DNA of 64,000 nucleotides. Origin: Auanema rhodensis (lineage: Eukaryota; Animalia; Nematoda). Positions 40,501 to 55,500 of this stretch are shown here, in pieces. The stretch covers positions 16,864,001-16,928,000 of the forward strand of contig OZ059898.1 in NCBI GenBank assembly GCA_964057225.1, in the 5' to 3' direction. The position numbers and the translations under genes are program-made. Each line of letters opens with the position of its first letter. Position 1 is the first letter of the stretch. The notes beneath the pieces were generated by a model. The model saw only the letters and a list, made by a program, of their open reading frames with translations. It did not search any database and was not told the DNA's origin.

Positions 40501-43500
40501 ATTTTCACCCTGAAGAATTATTTTTTTCGTTGAATAACATTGTCCATCGTCTTTGCCTTGAAAAAAGGAATCTAAAAACATCTACTTTTTGCTAAATTAT
40601 TCTGAAATTTTTTGAAAAAATTTTTGTGAAAATGTTTTTGGAAGCAATTTTGAGTGTACATGGAAACTCAACATACACTAATGCATCATTTTTCAAACGA
40701 TCATAACTAATTTTTGTATTAAGCGTTTCTCAATGTAGTATAGTGCATTTGATGCGGATTTTTAAGCTGCGTCGATCTGTGTTATCAGATTTGCGCTAGC
40801 TTAAAAATGCACCGAGATATCAACTGATATAAGTTCACACTTATATCCTCGATTTTCACCCTGAAAAAATAATTTTTTCGTTGAATAACATTGTCCATCG
40901 TCTTTGCCTTGAAAAAAGGAATTTCAAAACATCTACTTTTTGCTAAATTATTCTGAAATTTTTCGAAAAAATTTTTGTCAAAATGTTTTTGGAAGCAATG
41001 TTGAGTGTACATGGAAACTCAACATACACTAATGCATCATTTTTCAAACGATCATAACTAATTTTTGTATTAAGCGTTTCTCAATGTAGTATAGTGCATT
41101 CGATGCGGATTTTTAAGCTGCGTCGATCTGTGTTATCAGATTTGCGCTAGCTTAAAAATGCACCGAGACATCAACTGATATAAGTTCACACTTATATCCT
41201 CGATTTTCACCCTGAAGAAATAATTTTTTCGTTGAATAACATTGTCCATCGTCTTTGCCTTGAAAAAAGAAATCTAAAAACATCTACTTTTTGCTAAATT
41301 ATTCTGAAATTTTTCGAAAAAATTTTTGTCAAAATGTTTTTGGAAGCAATGTTGAGTGTACATGGAAACTCAACATACACTAATGCATCATTTTTCAAAC
41401 GATCATAACTAATTTTTGTATTAAGCGTTTCTCAATGTAGTATAGTGCATTCGATGCGGATTTTTAAGCTGCGTCGATCTGTGTTATCAGATTTGCGCTA
41501 GCTTAAAAATGCACCGAGACATCAACTGATATAAGTTCACACTTATATCCTCGATTTTCACCCTGAAGAAATAATTTTTTCGTTGAATAACATTGTCCAT
41601 CGTCTTTGCCTTGAAAAAAGAAATCTAAAAACATCTACTTTTTGCTAAATTATTTTGAAATTTTTCGAAAAAATTTTTGTGAAAATGTTTTTGGAAGCAA
41701 TTTTGAGTGTACATGGAAACTCAACATACACTAATGCATCATTTTTCAAACGATCATAACTAATTTTTGTATTAAGCGTTTCTCAATGTAGTATAGTGCA
41801 TTTGATGCGGATTTTTAAGCTGCGTCGATCTGTGTTATCAGATTTGCGCTAGCTTAAAAATGCACCGAGATATCAACTGATATAAGTTCACACTTATATC
41901 CTCGATTTTCACCCTGAAAAAATAATTTTTTCGTTGAATAACATTGTCCATCGTCTTTGCCTTGAAAAAAGGAATTTCAAAACATCTACTTTTTGCTAAA
42001 TTATTCTGAAATTTTTCGAAAAAATTTTTGTCAAAATGTTTTTGGAAGCAATGTTGAGTGTACATGGAAACTCAACATACACTAATGCATCATTTTTCAA
42101 ACGATCATAACTAATTTTTGTATTAAGCGTTTCTCAATGTAGTATAGTGCATTCGATGCGGATTTTTAAGCTGCGTCGATCTGTGTTATCAGATTTGCGC
42201 TAGCTTAAAAATGCACCGAGACATCAACTGATATAAGTTCACACTTATATCCTCGATTTTCACCCTGAAGAAATAATTTTTTCGTTGAATAACATTGTCC
42301 ATCGTCTTTGCCTTGAAAAAAGAAATCTAAAAACATCTACTTTTTGCTAAATTATTCTGAAATTTTTCGAAAAAATTTTTGTCAAAATGTTTTTGGAAGC
42401 AATGTTGAGTGTACATGGAAACTCAACATACACTAATGCATCATTTTTCAAACGATCATAACTAATTTTTGTATTAAGCGTTTCTCAATGTAGTATAGTG
42501 CATTCGATGCGGATTTTTAAGCTGCGTCGATCTGTGTTATCAGATTTGCGCTAGCTTAAAAATGCACCGAGACATCAACTGATATAAGTTCACACTTATA
42601 TCCTCGATTTTCACCCTGAAGAAATAATTTTTTCGTTGAATAACATTGTCCATCGTCTTTGCCTTGAAAAAAGAAATCTAAAAACATCTACTTTTTGCTA
42701 AATTATTTTGAAATTTTTCGAAAAAATTTTTGTCAAAATGTTTTTGGAAGCAATGTTGAGTGTACATGGAAACTCAACATACACTAATGCATCATTAGTC
42801 AAACGATCATAACTAATTTTTGTATTAAGCGTTTCTCAATGTAGTATAGTGCATTCGATGCGGATTTTTAAGCTGCGTCGATCTGTGTTATCAGATTTGC
42901 GCTAGCTTAAAAATGCACCGAGACATCAACTGATATAAGTTCACACTTATATCCTCGATTTTCACCCTGAAAAAATAATTTTTTCGTTGAATAACATTGT
43001 CCATCGTCTTTGCCTTGAAAAAAGGAATCCAAAAACATCTACTTTTTGCTAAATTATTTTGAAATTTTTCGAAAAAATTTTTGTCAAAATGTTTTTGGAA
43101 GCAATGTTGAGTGTACATGGAAACTCAACATACACTAATGCATCATTTTTCAAACGATCATAACTAATTTTTGTATTAAGCGTTTCTCAATGTAGTATAG
43201 TGCATTCGATGCGGATTTTTAAGCTGCGTCGATCTGTGTTATCAGATTTGCGCTAGCTTAAAAATGCACCGAGATATCAACTGATATAAGTTCACACTTA
43301 TATCCTCGATTTTCACCCTGAAGAATTATTTTTTTCGTTGAATAACATTGTCCATCGTCTTTGCCTTGAAAAAAGGAATCTAAAAACATCTACTTTTTGC
43401 TAAATTATTCTGAAATTTTTCGAAAAAATTTTTGTCAAAATGTTTTTGGAAGCAATGTTGAGTGTACATGGAAACTCAACATACACTAATGCATCATTTT

Positions 43501-46500
43501 TCAAACGATCATAACTAATTTTTGTATTAAGCGTTTCTCAATGTAGTATAGTGCATTCGATGCGGATTTTTAAACTGCGTCGATCTGTGTTATCAGATTT
43601 GCGCTAGCTTAAAAATGCACCGAGATATCAACTGATATAAGTTCACACTTATATCCTCGATTTTCACCCTGAAGAATTATTTTTTTCGTTGAATAACATT
43701 GTCCATCGTCTTTGCCTTGAAAAAAGGAATCTAAAAACATCTACTTTTTGCTAAATTATTCTGAAATTTTTCGAAAAAATTTTTGTCAAAATGTTTTTGG
43801 AAGCAATGTTGAGTGTACATGGAAACTCAACATACACTAATGCATCATTTTTCAAACGATCATAACTAATTTTTGTATTAAGCGTTTCTCAATGTAGTAT
43901 AGTGCATTCGATGCGGATTTTTAAACTGCGTCGATCTGTGTTATCAGATTTGCGCTAGCTTAAAAATGCACCGAGATATCAACTGATATAAGTTCACACT
44001 TATATCTTCGATTTTCACCCTGAAGAATTAATTTTTTCGGTGAATAACATTGTCCATCGTCTTTGCCTTGAAAAAAGGAATTTCAAAACATCTACTTTTT
44101 GCTAAATTATTCTGAAATTTTTCGAAAAAATTTTTGTCAAAATGTTTTTGGAAGCAATGTTGAGTGTACATGGAAACTCAACATACACTAATGCATCATT
44201 TTTCAAACGATCATAACTAATTTTTGTATTAAGCGTTTCTCAATGTAGTATAGTGCATTCGATGCGGATTTTTAAGCTGCGTCGATCTGTGTTATCAGAT
44301 TCGCGCTAGCTTAAAAATGCACCGAGATATCAACTGATATAAGTTCACACTTATATCCTCGATTTTCACCCTGAAAAAATAATTTTTTCGTTGAATAACA
44401 TTGTCCATCGTCTTTGCCTTGAAAAAAGGAATCCAAAAACATCTACTTTTTGCTAAATTATTTTGAAATTTTTCGAAAAAATTTTTGTCAAAATGTTTTT
44501 GGAAGCAATGTTGAGTGTACATGGAAACTCAACATACACTAATGCATCATTTTTGAAACGATCATAACTAATTTTTGTATTAAGCGTTTCTCAATGTAGT
44601 ATAGTGCATTCGATGCGGATTTTTAAGCTGCGTCGATCTGTGTTATCAGATTTGCGCTAGCTTAAAAATGCACCGAGATATCAACTGATATAAGTTCACA
44701 CTTATATCCTCGATTTTCACCCTGAAGAATTATTTTTTTCGTTGAATAACATTGTCCATCGTCTTTGCCTTGAAAAAAGGAATCTAAAAACATCTACTTT
44801 TTGCTAAATTATTCTGAAATTTTTCGAAAAAATTTTTGTCAAAATGTTTTTGGAACCAATGTTGAGTGTACATGGAAACTCAACATACACTAATGCATCA
44901 TTTTTCAAACGATCATAACTAATTTTTGTATTAAGCGTTTCTCAATGTAGTATAGTGCATTCGATGCGGATTTTTAAACTGCGTCGATCTGTGTTATCAG
45001 ATTTGCGCTAGCTTAAAAATGCACCGAGATATCAACTGATATAAGTTCACACTTATATCCTCGATTTTCACCCTGAAGAATTATTTTTTTCGTTGAATAA
45101 CATTGTCCATCGTCTTTGCCTTGAAAAAAGGAATCTAAAAACATCTACTTTTTGCTAAATTATTCTGAAATTTTTTGAAAAAATTTTTGTGAAAATGTTT
45201 TTGGAAGCAATTTTGAGTGTACATGGAAACTCAACATACACTAATGCATCATTTTTCAAACGATCATAACTAATTTTTGTATTAAGCGTTTCTCAATGTA
45301 GTATAGTGCATTTGATGCGGATTTTTAAGCTGCGTCGATCTGTGTTATCAAATTTGCGCTAGCTTAAAAATGCACCGAGATATCAACTGATATAAGTTCA
45401 CACTTATATCCTCGATTTTCACCCTGAAGAAATAATTTTTTCGTTGAATAACATTGTCCATCGTCTTTGCCTTAAAAAAAGGAATCTAAAAACATCTACT
45501 TTTTGCTAAATTATTCCGAAATTTTTCGAAAAAATTTTTGTCAAAATGTTTTTGGAAGCAATGTTGAGTGTACATGGAAACTCAACATACACTAATGCAT
45601 CATTTTTCAAACGATCATAACTAATTTTTGTATTAAGCGTTTCTCAATGTAGTATAGTGCATTCGATGCGGATTTTTAAGCTGCGTCGATCTGTGTTATC
45701 AGATTTGCGCTAGCTTAAAAATGCACCGAGATATCAACTGATATAAGTTCACACTTATATCCTCGATTTTCACCCTGAAGAATTATTTTTTTCGTTGAAT
45801 AACATTGTCCATCGTCTTTGCCTTGAAAAAAGGAATCTAAAAACATCTACTTTTTGCTAAATTATTCTGAAATTTTTTGAAAAAATTTTTGTGAAAATGT
45901 TTTTGGAAGCAATTTTGAGTGTACATGGAAACTCAACATACACTAATGCATCATTTTTCAAACGATCATAACTAATTTTTGTATTAAGCGTTTCTCAATG
46001 TAGTATAGTGCATTTGATGCGGATTTTTAAGCTGCGTCGATCTGTGTTATCAAATTTGCGCTAGCTTAAAAATGCACCGAGATATCAACTGATATAAGTT
46101 CACACTTATATCCTCGATTTTCACCCTGAAGAAATAATTTTTTCGTTGAATAACATTGTCCATCGTCTTTGCCTTGAAAAAAGGAATCTAAAAACATCTA
46201 CTTTTTGCTAAATTATTCCGAAATTTTTCGAAAAAATTTTTGTCAAAATGTTTTTGGAAGCAATGTTGAGTGTACATGGAAACTCAACATACACTAATGC
46301 ATCATTTTTCAAACGATCATAACTAATTTTTGTATTAAGCGTTTCTCAATGTAATATAGTGCATTCGATGCGGATTTTTAAGCTGCGTCGATCTGTGTTA
46401 TCAGATTTGCGCTAGCTTAAAAATGCACCGAGACATCAACTGATATAAGTTCACACTTATATCCTCGATTTTCACCCTGAAGAAATAATTTTTTCGTTGA

Positions 46501-49500
46501 ATAACATTGTCCATCGTCTTTGCCTTGAAAAAAGGAATCTAAAAACATCTACTTTTTGCTAAATTATTCCGAAATTTTTCGAAAAAATTTTTGTCAAAAT
46601 GTTTTTGGAAGCAATGTTGAGTGTACATGGAAACTCAACATACACTAATGCATCATTTTTCAAACGATCATAACTAATTTTTGTATTAAGCGTTTCTCAA
46701 TGTAATATAGTGCATTCGATGCGGATTTTTAAGCTGCGTCGATCTGTGTTATCAGATTTGCGCTAGCTTAAAAATGCACCGAGACATCAACTGATATAAG
46801 TTCACACTTATATCCTCGATTTTCACCCTGAAGAAATAATTTTTTCGTTGAATAACATTGTCCATCGTCTTTGCCTTGAAAAAAGAAATCTAAAAACATC
46901 TACTTTTTGCTAAATTATTTTGAAATTTTTCGAAAAAATTTTTGTCAAAATGTTTTTGGAAGCAATGTTGAGTGTACATGGAAACTCAACATACACTAAT
47001 GCATCATTAGTCAAACGATCATAACTAATTTTTGTATTAAGCGTTTCTCAATGTAGTATAGTGCATTCGATGCGGATTTTTAAGCTGCGTCGATCTGTGT
47101 TATCAGATTTGCGCTAGCTTAAAAATGCACCGAGATATCAACTGATATAAGTTCACACTTATATCCTCGATTTTCACCCTGAAAAAATAATTTTTTCGTT
47201 GAATAACATTGTCCATCGTCTTTGCCTTGAAAAAAGGAATCCAAAAACATCTACTTTTTGCTAAATTATTTTGAAATTTTTCGAAAAAATTTTTGTCAAA
47301 ATGTTTTTGGAAGCAATGTTGAGTGTACATGGAAACTCAACATACACTAATGCATCATTTTTCAAACGATCATAACTAATTTTTGTATTAAGCGTTTCTC
47401 AATGTAGTATAGTGCATTCGATGCGGATTTTTAAGCTGCGTCGATCTGTGTTATCAGATTTGCGCTAGCTTAAAAATGCACCGAGACATCAACTGATATA
47501 AGTTCACACTTATATCCTCGATTTTCACCCTGAAGAAATAATTTTTTCGTTGAATAACATTGTCCATCGTCTTTGCCTTGAAAAAAGAAATCTAAAAACA
47601 TCTACTTTTTGCTAAATTATTTTGAAATTTTTCGAAAAAATTTTTGTCAAAATGTTTTTGGAAGCAATGTTGAGTGTACATGGAAACTCAACATACACTA
47701 ATGCATCATTAGTCAAACGATCATAACTAATTTTTGTATTAAGCGTTTCTCAATGTAGTATAGTGCATTCGATGCGGATTTTTAAGCTGCGTCGATCTGT
47801 GTTATCAGATTTGCGCTAGCTTAAAAATGCACCGAGATATCAAATGATATAAGTTCACACTTATATCCTCGATTTTCACCCTGAAAAAATAATTTTTTCG
47901 TTGAATAACATTGTCCATCGTCTTTGCCTTGAAAAAAGGAATCCAAAAACATCTACTTTTTGCTAAATTATTTTGAAATTTTTCGAAAAAATTTTTGTCA
48001 AAATGTTTTTGGAAGCAATGTTGAGTGTACATGGAAACTCAACATACACTAATGCATCATTTTTCAAACGATCATAACTAATTTTTGTATTAAGCGTTTC
48101 TCAATGTAGTATAGTGCATTCGATGCGGATTTTTAAGCTGCGTCGATCTGTGTTATCAGATTTGCGCTAGCTTAAAAATGCACCGAGATATCAACTGATA
48201 TAAGTTCACACTTATATCCTCGATTTTCACCCTGAAGAATTATTTTTTTCGTTGAATAACATTGTCCATCGTCTTTGCCTTGAAAAAAGGAATCTAAAAA
48301 CATCTACTTTTTGCTAAATTATTCTGAAATTTTTCGAAAAAATTTTTGTCAAAATGTTTTTGGAAGCAATGTTGAGTGTACATGGAAACTCAACATACAC
48401 TAATGCATCATTTTTCAAACGATCATAACTAATTTTTGTATTAAGCGTTTCTCAATGTAGTATAGTGCATTCGATGCGGATTTTTAAGCTGCGTCGATCT
48501 GTGTTATGAGATTTGCGCTAGCTTAAAAATGCACCGAGATATCAACTGATATAAGTTCACACTTATATCCTCGATTTTCACCCTGAAGAATTAATTTTTT
48601 CGTTGAATAACATTGTCCATCGTCTTTGCTTTGAAAAAAGGAATCTAAAAACATCTACTTTTTGCTAAATTATTTTGAAATTTTTCGAAAAAATTTTTGT
48701 CAAAATGTTTTTGGAAGCAATGTTGAGTGTACATGTAAACTCAACATACACTAATGCACCATTTTTCAAACAATCATAACTAATTTTTGTATTAAGCGTT
48801 TTTCAATGTAGTATAGTGCATTTGATGCGGATTTTTAAGCTGCGTCGATCTGTGTTATCAGATTTGCGCTAGCTTAAAAATGCACCGAGATATCAACTGA
48901 TATAAGTTCACACTTATATCCTCGATTTTCACCCTGAAGAATTATTTTTTTCGTTGAATAACATTGTCCATCGTCTTTGCCTTGAAAAAAGGAATCTAAA
49001 AACATCTACTTTTTGCTAAATTATTCTGAAATTTTTTGAAAAAATTTTTGTGAAAATGTTTTTGGAAGCAATTTTGAGTGTACATGGAAACTCAACATAC
49101 ACTAATGCATCATTTTTCAAACGATCATAACTAATTTTTGTATTAAGCGTTTCTCAATGTAGTATAGTGCATTTGATGCGGATTTTTAAGCTGCGTCGAT
49201 CTGTGTTATCAAATTTGCGCTAGCTTAAAAATGCACCGAGATATCAACTGATATAAGTTCACACTTATATCCTCGATTTTCACCCTGAAGAAATAATTTT
49301 TTCGTTGAATAACATTGTCCATCGTCTTTGCCTTGAAAAAAGGAATCTAAAAACATCTACTTTTTGCTAAATTATTCCGAAATTTTTCGAAAAAATTTTT
49401 GTCAAAATGTTTTTGGAAGCAATGTTGAGTGTACATGGAAACTCAACATACACTAATGCATCATTTTTCAAACGATCATAACTAATTTTTGTATTGAGCG

Positions 49501-52500
49501 TTTCTCAATGTAGTATAGTGCATTCGATGCGGATTTTTAAGCTGCGTCGATCTGTGTTATCAGATTTGCGCTAGCTTAAAAATGCACCGAGACATCAACT
49601 GATATAAGTTCACACTTATATCCTCGATTTTCACCCTGAAGAAATAATTTTTTCGTTGAATAACATTGTCCATCGTCTTTGCCTTGAAAAAAGAAATCTA
49701 AAAACATCTACTTTTTGCTAAATTATTTTGAAATTTTTCGAAAAAATTTTTGTCAAAATGTTTTTGGAAGCAATGTTGAGTGTACATGGAAACTCAACAT
49801 ACACTAATGCATCATTAGTCAAACGATCATAACTAATTTTTGTATTAAGCGTTTCTCAATGTAGTATAGTGCATTCGATGCGGATTTTTAAGCTGCGTCG
49901 ATCTGTGTTATCAGATTTGCGCTAGCTTAAAAATGCACCGAGATATCAAATGATATAAGTTCACACTTATATCCTCGATTTTCACCCTGAAAAAATAATT
50001 TTTTCGTTGAATAACATTGTCCATCGTCTTTGCCTTGAAAAAAGAAATCTAAAAACATCTACTTTTTGCTAAATTATTTTGAAATTTTTCGAAAAAATTT
50101 TTGTCAAAATGTTTTTGGAAGCAATGTTGAGTGTACATGGAAACTCAACATACACTAATGCATCATTTTTCAAACGATCATAACTAATTTTTGTATTAAG
50201 CGTTTCTCAATGTAGTATAGTGCATTCGATGCGGATTTTTAAGCTGCGTCGATCTGTGTTATCAGATTTGCGCTAGCTTAAAAATGCACCGAGATATCAA
50301 CTGATATAAGTTCACACTTATATCCTCGATTTTCACCCTGAAGAATTATTTTTTTCGTTGAATAACATTGTCCATCGTCTTTGCCTTGAAAAAAGGAATC
50401 TAAAAACATCTACTTTTTGCTAAATTATTCTGAAATTTTTCGAAAAAATTTTTGTCAAAATGTTTTTGGAAGCAATGTTGAGTGTACATGGAAACTCAAC
50501 ATACACTAATGCATCATTTTTCAAACGATCATAACTAATTTTTGTATTAAGCGTTTCTCAATGTAGTATAGTGCATTCGATGCGGATTTTTAAGCTGCGT
50601 CGATCTGTGTTATGAGATTTGCGCTAGCTTAAAAATGCACCGAGATATCAACTGATATAAGTTCACACTTATATCCTCGATTTTCACCCTGAAGAATTAA
50701 TTTTTTCGTTGAATAACATTGTCCATCGTCTTTGCTTTGAAAAAAGGAATCTAAAAACATCTACTTTTTGCTAAATTATTTTGAAATTTTTCGAAAAAAT
50801 TTTTGTCAAAATGTTTTTGGAAGCAATGTTGAGTGTACATGTAAACTCAACATACACTAATGCACCATTTTTCAAACAATCATAACTAATTTTTGTATTA
50901 AGCGTTTTTCAATGTAGTATAGTGCATTTGATGCGGATTTTTAAGCTGCGTCGATCTGTGTTATCAGATTTGCGCTAGCTTAAAAATGCACCGAGATATC
51001 AACTGATATAAGTTCACACTTATATCCTCGATTTTCACCCTGAAGAATTATTTTTTTCGTTGAATAACATTGTCCATCGTCTTTGCCTTGAAAAAAGGAA
51101 TCTAAAAACATCTACTTTTTGCTAAATTATTCTGAAATTTTTTGAAAAAATTTTTGTGAAAATGTTTTTGGAAGCAATTTTGAGTGTACATGGAAACTCA
51201 ACATACACTAATGCATCATTTTTCAAACGATCATAACTAATTTTTGTATTAAGCGTTTCTCAATGTAGTATAGTGCATTTGATGCGGATTTTTAAGCTGC
51301 GTCGATCTGTGTTATCAAATTTGCGCTAGCTTAAAAATGCACCGAGATATCAACTGATATAAGTTCACACTTATATCCTCGATTTTCACCCTGAAGAAAT
51401 AATTTTTTCGTTGAATAACATTGTCCATCGTCTTTGCCTTGAAAAAAGGAATCTAAAAACATCTACTTTTTGCTAAATTATTCCGAAATTTTTCGAAAAA
51501 ATTTTTGTCAAAATGTTTTTGGAAGCAATGTTGAGTGTACATGGAAACTCAACATACACTAATGCATCATTTTTCAAACGATCATAACTAATTTTTGTAT
51601 TGAGCGTTTCTCAATGTAGTATAGTGCATTCGATGCGGATTTTTAAGCTGCGTCGATCTGTGTTATCAGATTTGCGCTAGCTTAAAAATGCACCGAGACA
51701 TCAACTGATATAAGTTCACACTTATATCCTCGATTTTCACCCTGAAGAAATAATTTTTTCGTTGAATAACATTGTCCATCGTCTTTGCCTTGAAAAAAGA
51801 AATCTAAAAACATCTACTTTTTGCTAAATTATTTTGAAATTTTTCGAAAAAATTTTTGTCAAAATGTTTTTGGAAGCAATGTTGAGTGTACATGGAAACT
51901 CAACATACACTAATGCATCATTAGTCAAACGATCATAACTAATTTTTGTATTAAGCGTTTCTCAATGTAGTATAGTGCATTCGATGCGGATTTTTAAGCT
52001 GCGTCGATCTGTGTTATCAGATTTGCGCTAGCTTAAAAATGCACCGAGATATCAAATGATATAAGTTCACACTTATATCCTCGATTTTCACCCTGAAAAA
52101 ATAATTTTTTCGTTGAATAACATTGTCCATCGTCTTTGCCTTGAAAAAAGAAATCTAAAAACATCTACTTTTTGCTAAATTATTTTGAAATTTTTCGAAA
52201 AAATTTTTGTCAAAATGTTTTTGGAAGCAATGTTGAGTGTACATGGAAACTCAACATACACTAATGCATCATTTTTCAAACGATCATAACTAATTTTTGT
52301 ATTAAGCGTTTCTCAATGTAGTATAGTGCATTCGATGCGGATTTTTAAGCTGCGTCGATCTGTGTTATCAGATTTGCGCTAACTTAAAAATGCACCGAGA
52401 TATCAACTGATATAAGTTCACACTTATATCCTCGATTTTCACCCTGAAGAATTATTTTTTTCGTTGAATAACATTGTCCATCGTCTTTGCCTTGAAAAAA

Positions 52501-55500
52501 GGAATCTGAAAACATCTACTTTTTGCTAAATTATTCTGAAATTTTTCGAAAAAATTTTTGTCAAAATGTTTTTGGAAGCAATGTTGAGTGTACATGGAAA
52601 CTCAACATACACTAATGCATCATTTTTCAAACGATCATAACTAATTTTTGTATTAAGCGTTTCTCAATGTAGTATAGTGCATTCGATGCGGATTTTTAAA
52701 CTGCGTCGATCTGTGTTATCAGATTTGCGCTAGCTTTAAAATGCACCGAGATATCAACTGATATAAGTTCACACTTATATCCTCGATTTTCACCCTGAAG
52801 AATTATTTTTTTCGTTGAATAACATTGTCCATCGTCTTTGCCTTGAAAAAAGGAATCTAAAAACATCTACTTTTGCTAAATTATTCTGAAATTTTTTGAA
52901 AAAATTTTTGTGAAAATGTTTTTGGAAGCAATTTTGAGTGTACATGGAAACTCAACATACACTAATGCATCATTTTTCAAACGATCATAACTAATTTTTG
53001 TATTAAGCGTTTCTCAATGTAGTATAGTGCATTTGATGCGGATTTTTAAGCTGCGTCGATCTGTGTTATCAGATTTGCGCTAGCTTAAAAATGCACCGAG
53101 ATATCAACTGATATAAGTTCACACTTATATCCTCGATTTTCACCCTGAAGAATTATTTTTTTCGTTGAATAACATTGTCCATCGTCTTTGCCTTGAAAAA
53201 AGGAATCTAAAAACATCTACTTTTTGCTAAATTATTCCGAAATTTTTCGAAAAAATTTTTGTCAAAATGTTTTTGGAAGCAATGTTGAGTGTACATGGAA
53301 ACTCAACATACACTAATGCATCATTTTTCAAACGATCATAACTAATTTTTGTATTAAGCGTTTCTCAATGTAGTATAGTGCATTCGATGCGGATTTTTAA
53401 GCTGCGTCGATCTGTGTTATGAGATTTGCGCTAGCTTAAAAATGCACCGAGATATCAACTGATATAAGTTCACACTTATATCCTCGATTTTCACCCTGAA
53501 GAATTAATTTTTTCGTTGAATAACATTGTCCATCGTCTTTGCTTTGAAAAAAGGAATCTAAAAACATCTACTTTTTGCTAAATTATTTTGAAATTTTTCG
53601 AAAAAATTTTTGTCAAAATGTTTTTGGAAGCAATGTTGAGTGTACATGTAAACTCAACATACACTAATGCACCATTTTTCAAACAATCATAACTAATTTT
53701 TGTATTAAGCGTTTTTCAATGTAGTATAGTGCATTTGATGCGGATTTTTAAGCTGCGTCGATCTGTGTTATCAGATTTGCGCTAGCTTAAAAATGCACCG
53801 AGATATCAACTGATATAAGTTCACACTTATATCCTCGATTTTCACCCTGAAGAATTATTTTTTTCGTTGAATAACATTGTCCATCGTCTTTGCCTTGAAA
53901 AAAGGAATCTAAAAACATCTACTTTTTGCTAAATTATTCTGAAATTTTTTGAAAAAATTTTTGTGAAAATGTTTTTGGAAGCAATTTTGAGTGTACATGG
54001 AAACTCAACATACACTAATGCATCATTTTTCAAACGATCATAACTAATTTTTGTATTAAGCGTTTCTCAATGTAGTATAGTGCATTCGATGCGGATTTTT
54101 AAGCTGCGTCGATCTGTGTTATCAGATTTGCGCTAGCTTGAAAATGCACCGAGATATCAACTGATATAAGTTCACACTTATATCCTCGATTTTCACCCTG
54201 AAAAAATAATTTTTTCGTTGAATAACATTGTCCATCGTCTTTGCCTTGAAAAAAGGAATCCAAAAACATCTACTTTTTGCTAAATTATTTTGAAATTTTT
54301 CGAAAAAATTTTTGTCAAAATGTTTTTGGAAGCAATGTTGAGTGTACATGGAAACTCAACATACACTAATGCATCATTTTTCGAACGATCATAACTAATT
54401 TTTGTATTAAGCGTTTCTCAATGTAGTATAGTGCATTCGATGCGGATTTTTAAGCTGCGTCGATCTGTGTTATCAGATTTGCGCTAGCTTAAAAATGCAC
54501 CGAGACATCAACTGATATAAGTTCACACTTATATCCTCGATTTTCACCCTGAAGAAATAATTTTTTCGTTGAATAACATTGTCCATCGTCTTTGCCTTGA
54601 AAAAAGAAATCTAAAAACATCTACTTTTTGCTAAATTATTTTGAAATTTTTCGAAAAAATTTTTGTCAAAATGTTTTTGGAAGCAATGTTGAGTGTACAT
54701 GGAAACTCAACATACACTAATGCATCATTAGTCAAACGATCATAACTAATTTTTGTATTAAGCGTTTCTCAATGTAGTATAGTGCATTCGATGCGGATTT
54801 TTAAGCTGCGTCGATCTGTGTTATCAGATTTGCGCTAGCTTAAAAATGCACCGAGATATCAAATGATATAAGTTCACACTTATATCCTCGATTTTCACCC
54901 TGAAAAAATAATTTTTTCGTTGAATAACATTGTCCATCGTCTTTGCCTTGAAAAAAGAAATCTAAAAACATCTACTTTTTGCTAAATTATTTTGAAATTT
55001 TTCGAAAAAATTTTTGTCAAAATGTTTTTGGAAGCAATGTTGAGTGTACATGGAAACTCAACATACACTAATGCATCATTTTTCAAACGATCATAACTAA
55101 TTTTTGTATTAAGCGTTTCTCAATGTAGTATAGTGCATTCGATGCGGATTTTTAAGCTGCGTCGATCTGTGTTATCAGATTTGCGCTAGCTTAAAAATGC
55201 ACCGAGATATCAACTGATATAAGTTCACACTTATATCCTCGATTTTCACCCTGAAGAATTATTTTTTTCGTTGAATAACATTGTCCATCGTCTTTGCCTT
55301 GAAAAAAGGAATCTAAAAACATCTACTTTTTGCTAAATTATTCTGAAATTTTTCGAAAAAATTTTTGTCAAAAAATTTTTGGAAGCAATGTTGAGTGTAC
55401 ATGGAAACTCAACATACACTAATGCATCATTTTTCAAACGATCATAACTAATTTTTGTATTAAGCGTTTCTCAATGTAGTATAGTGCATTCGATGCGGAT

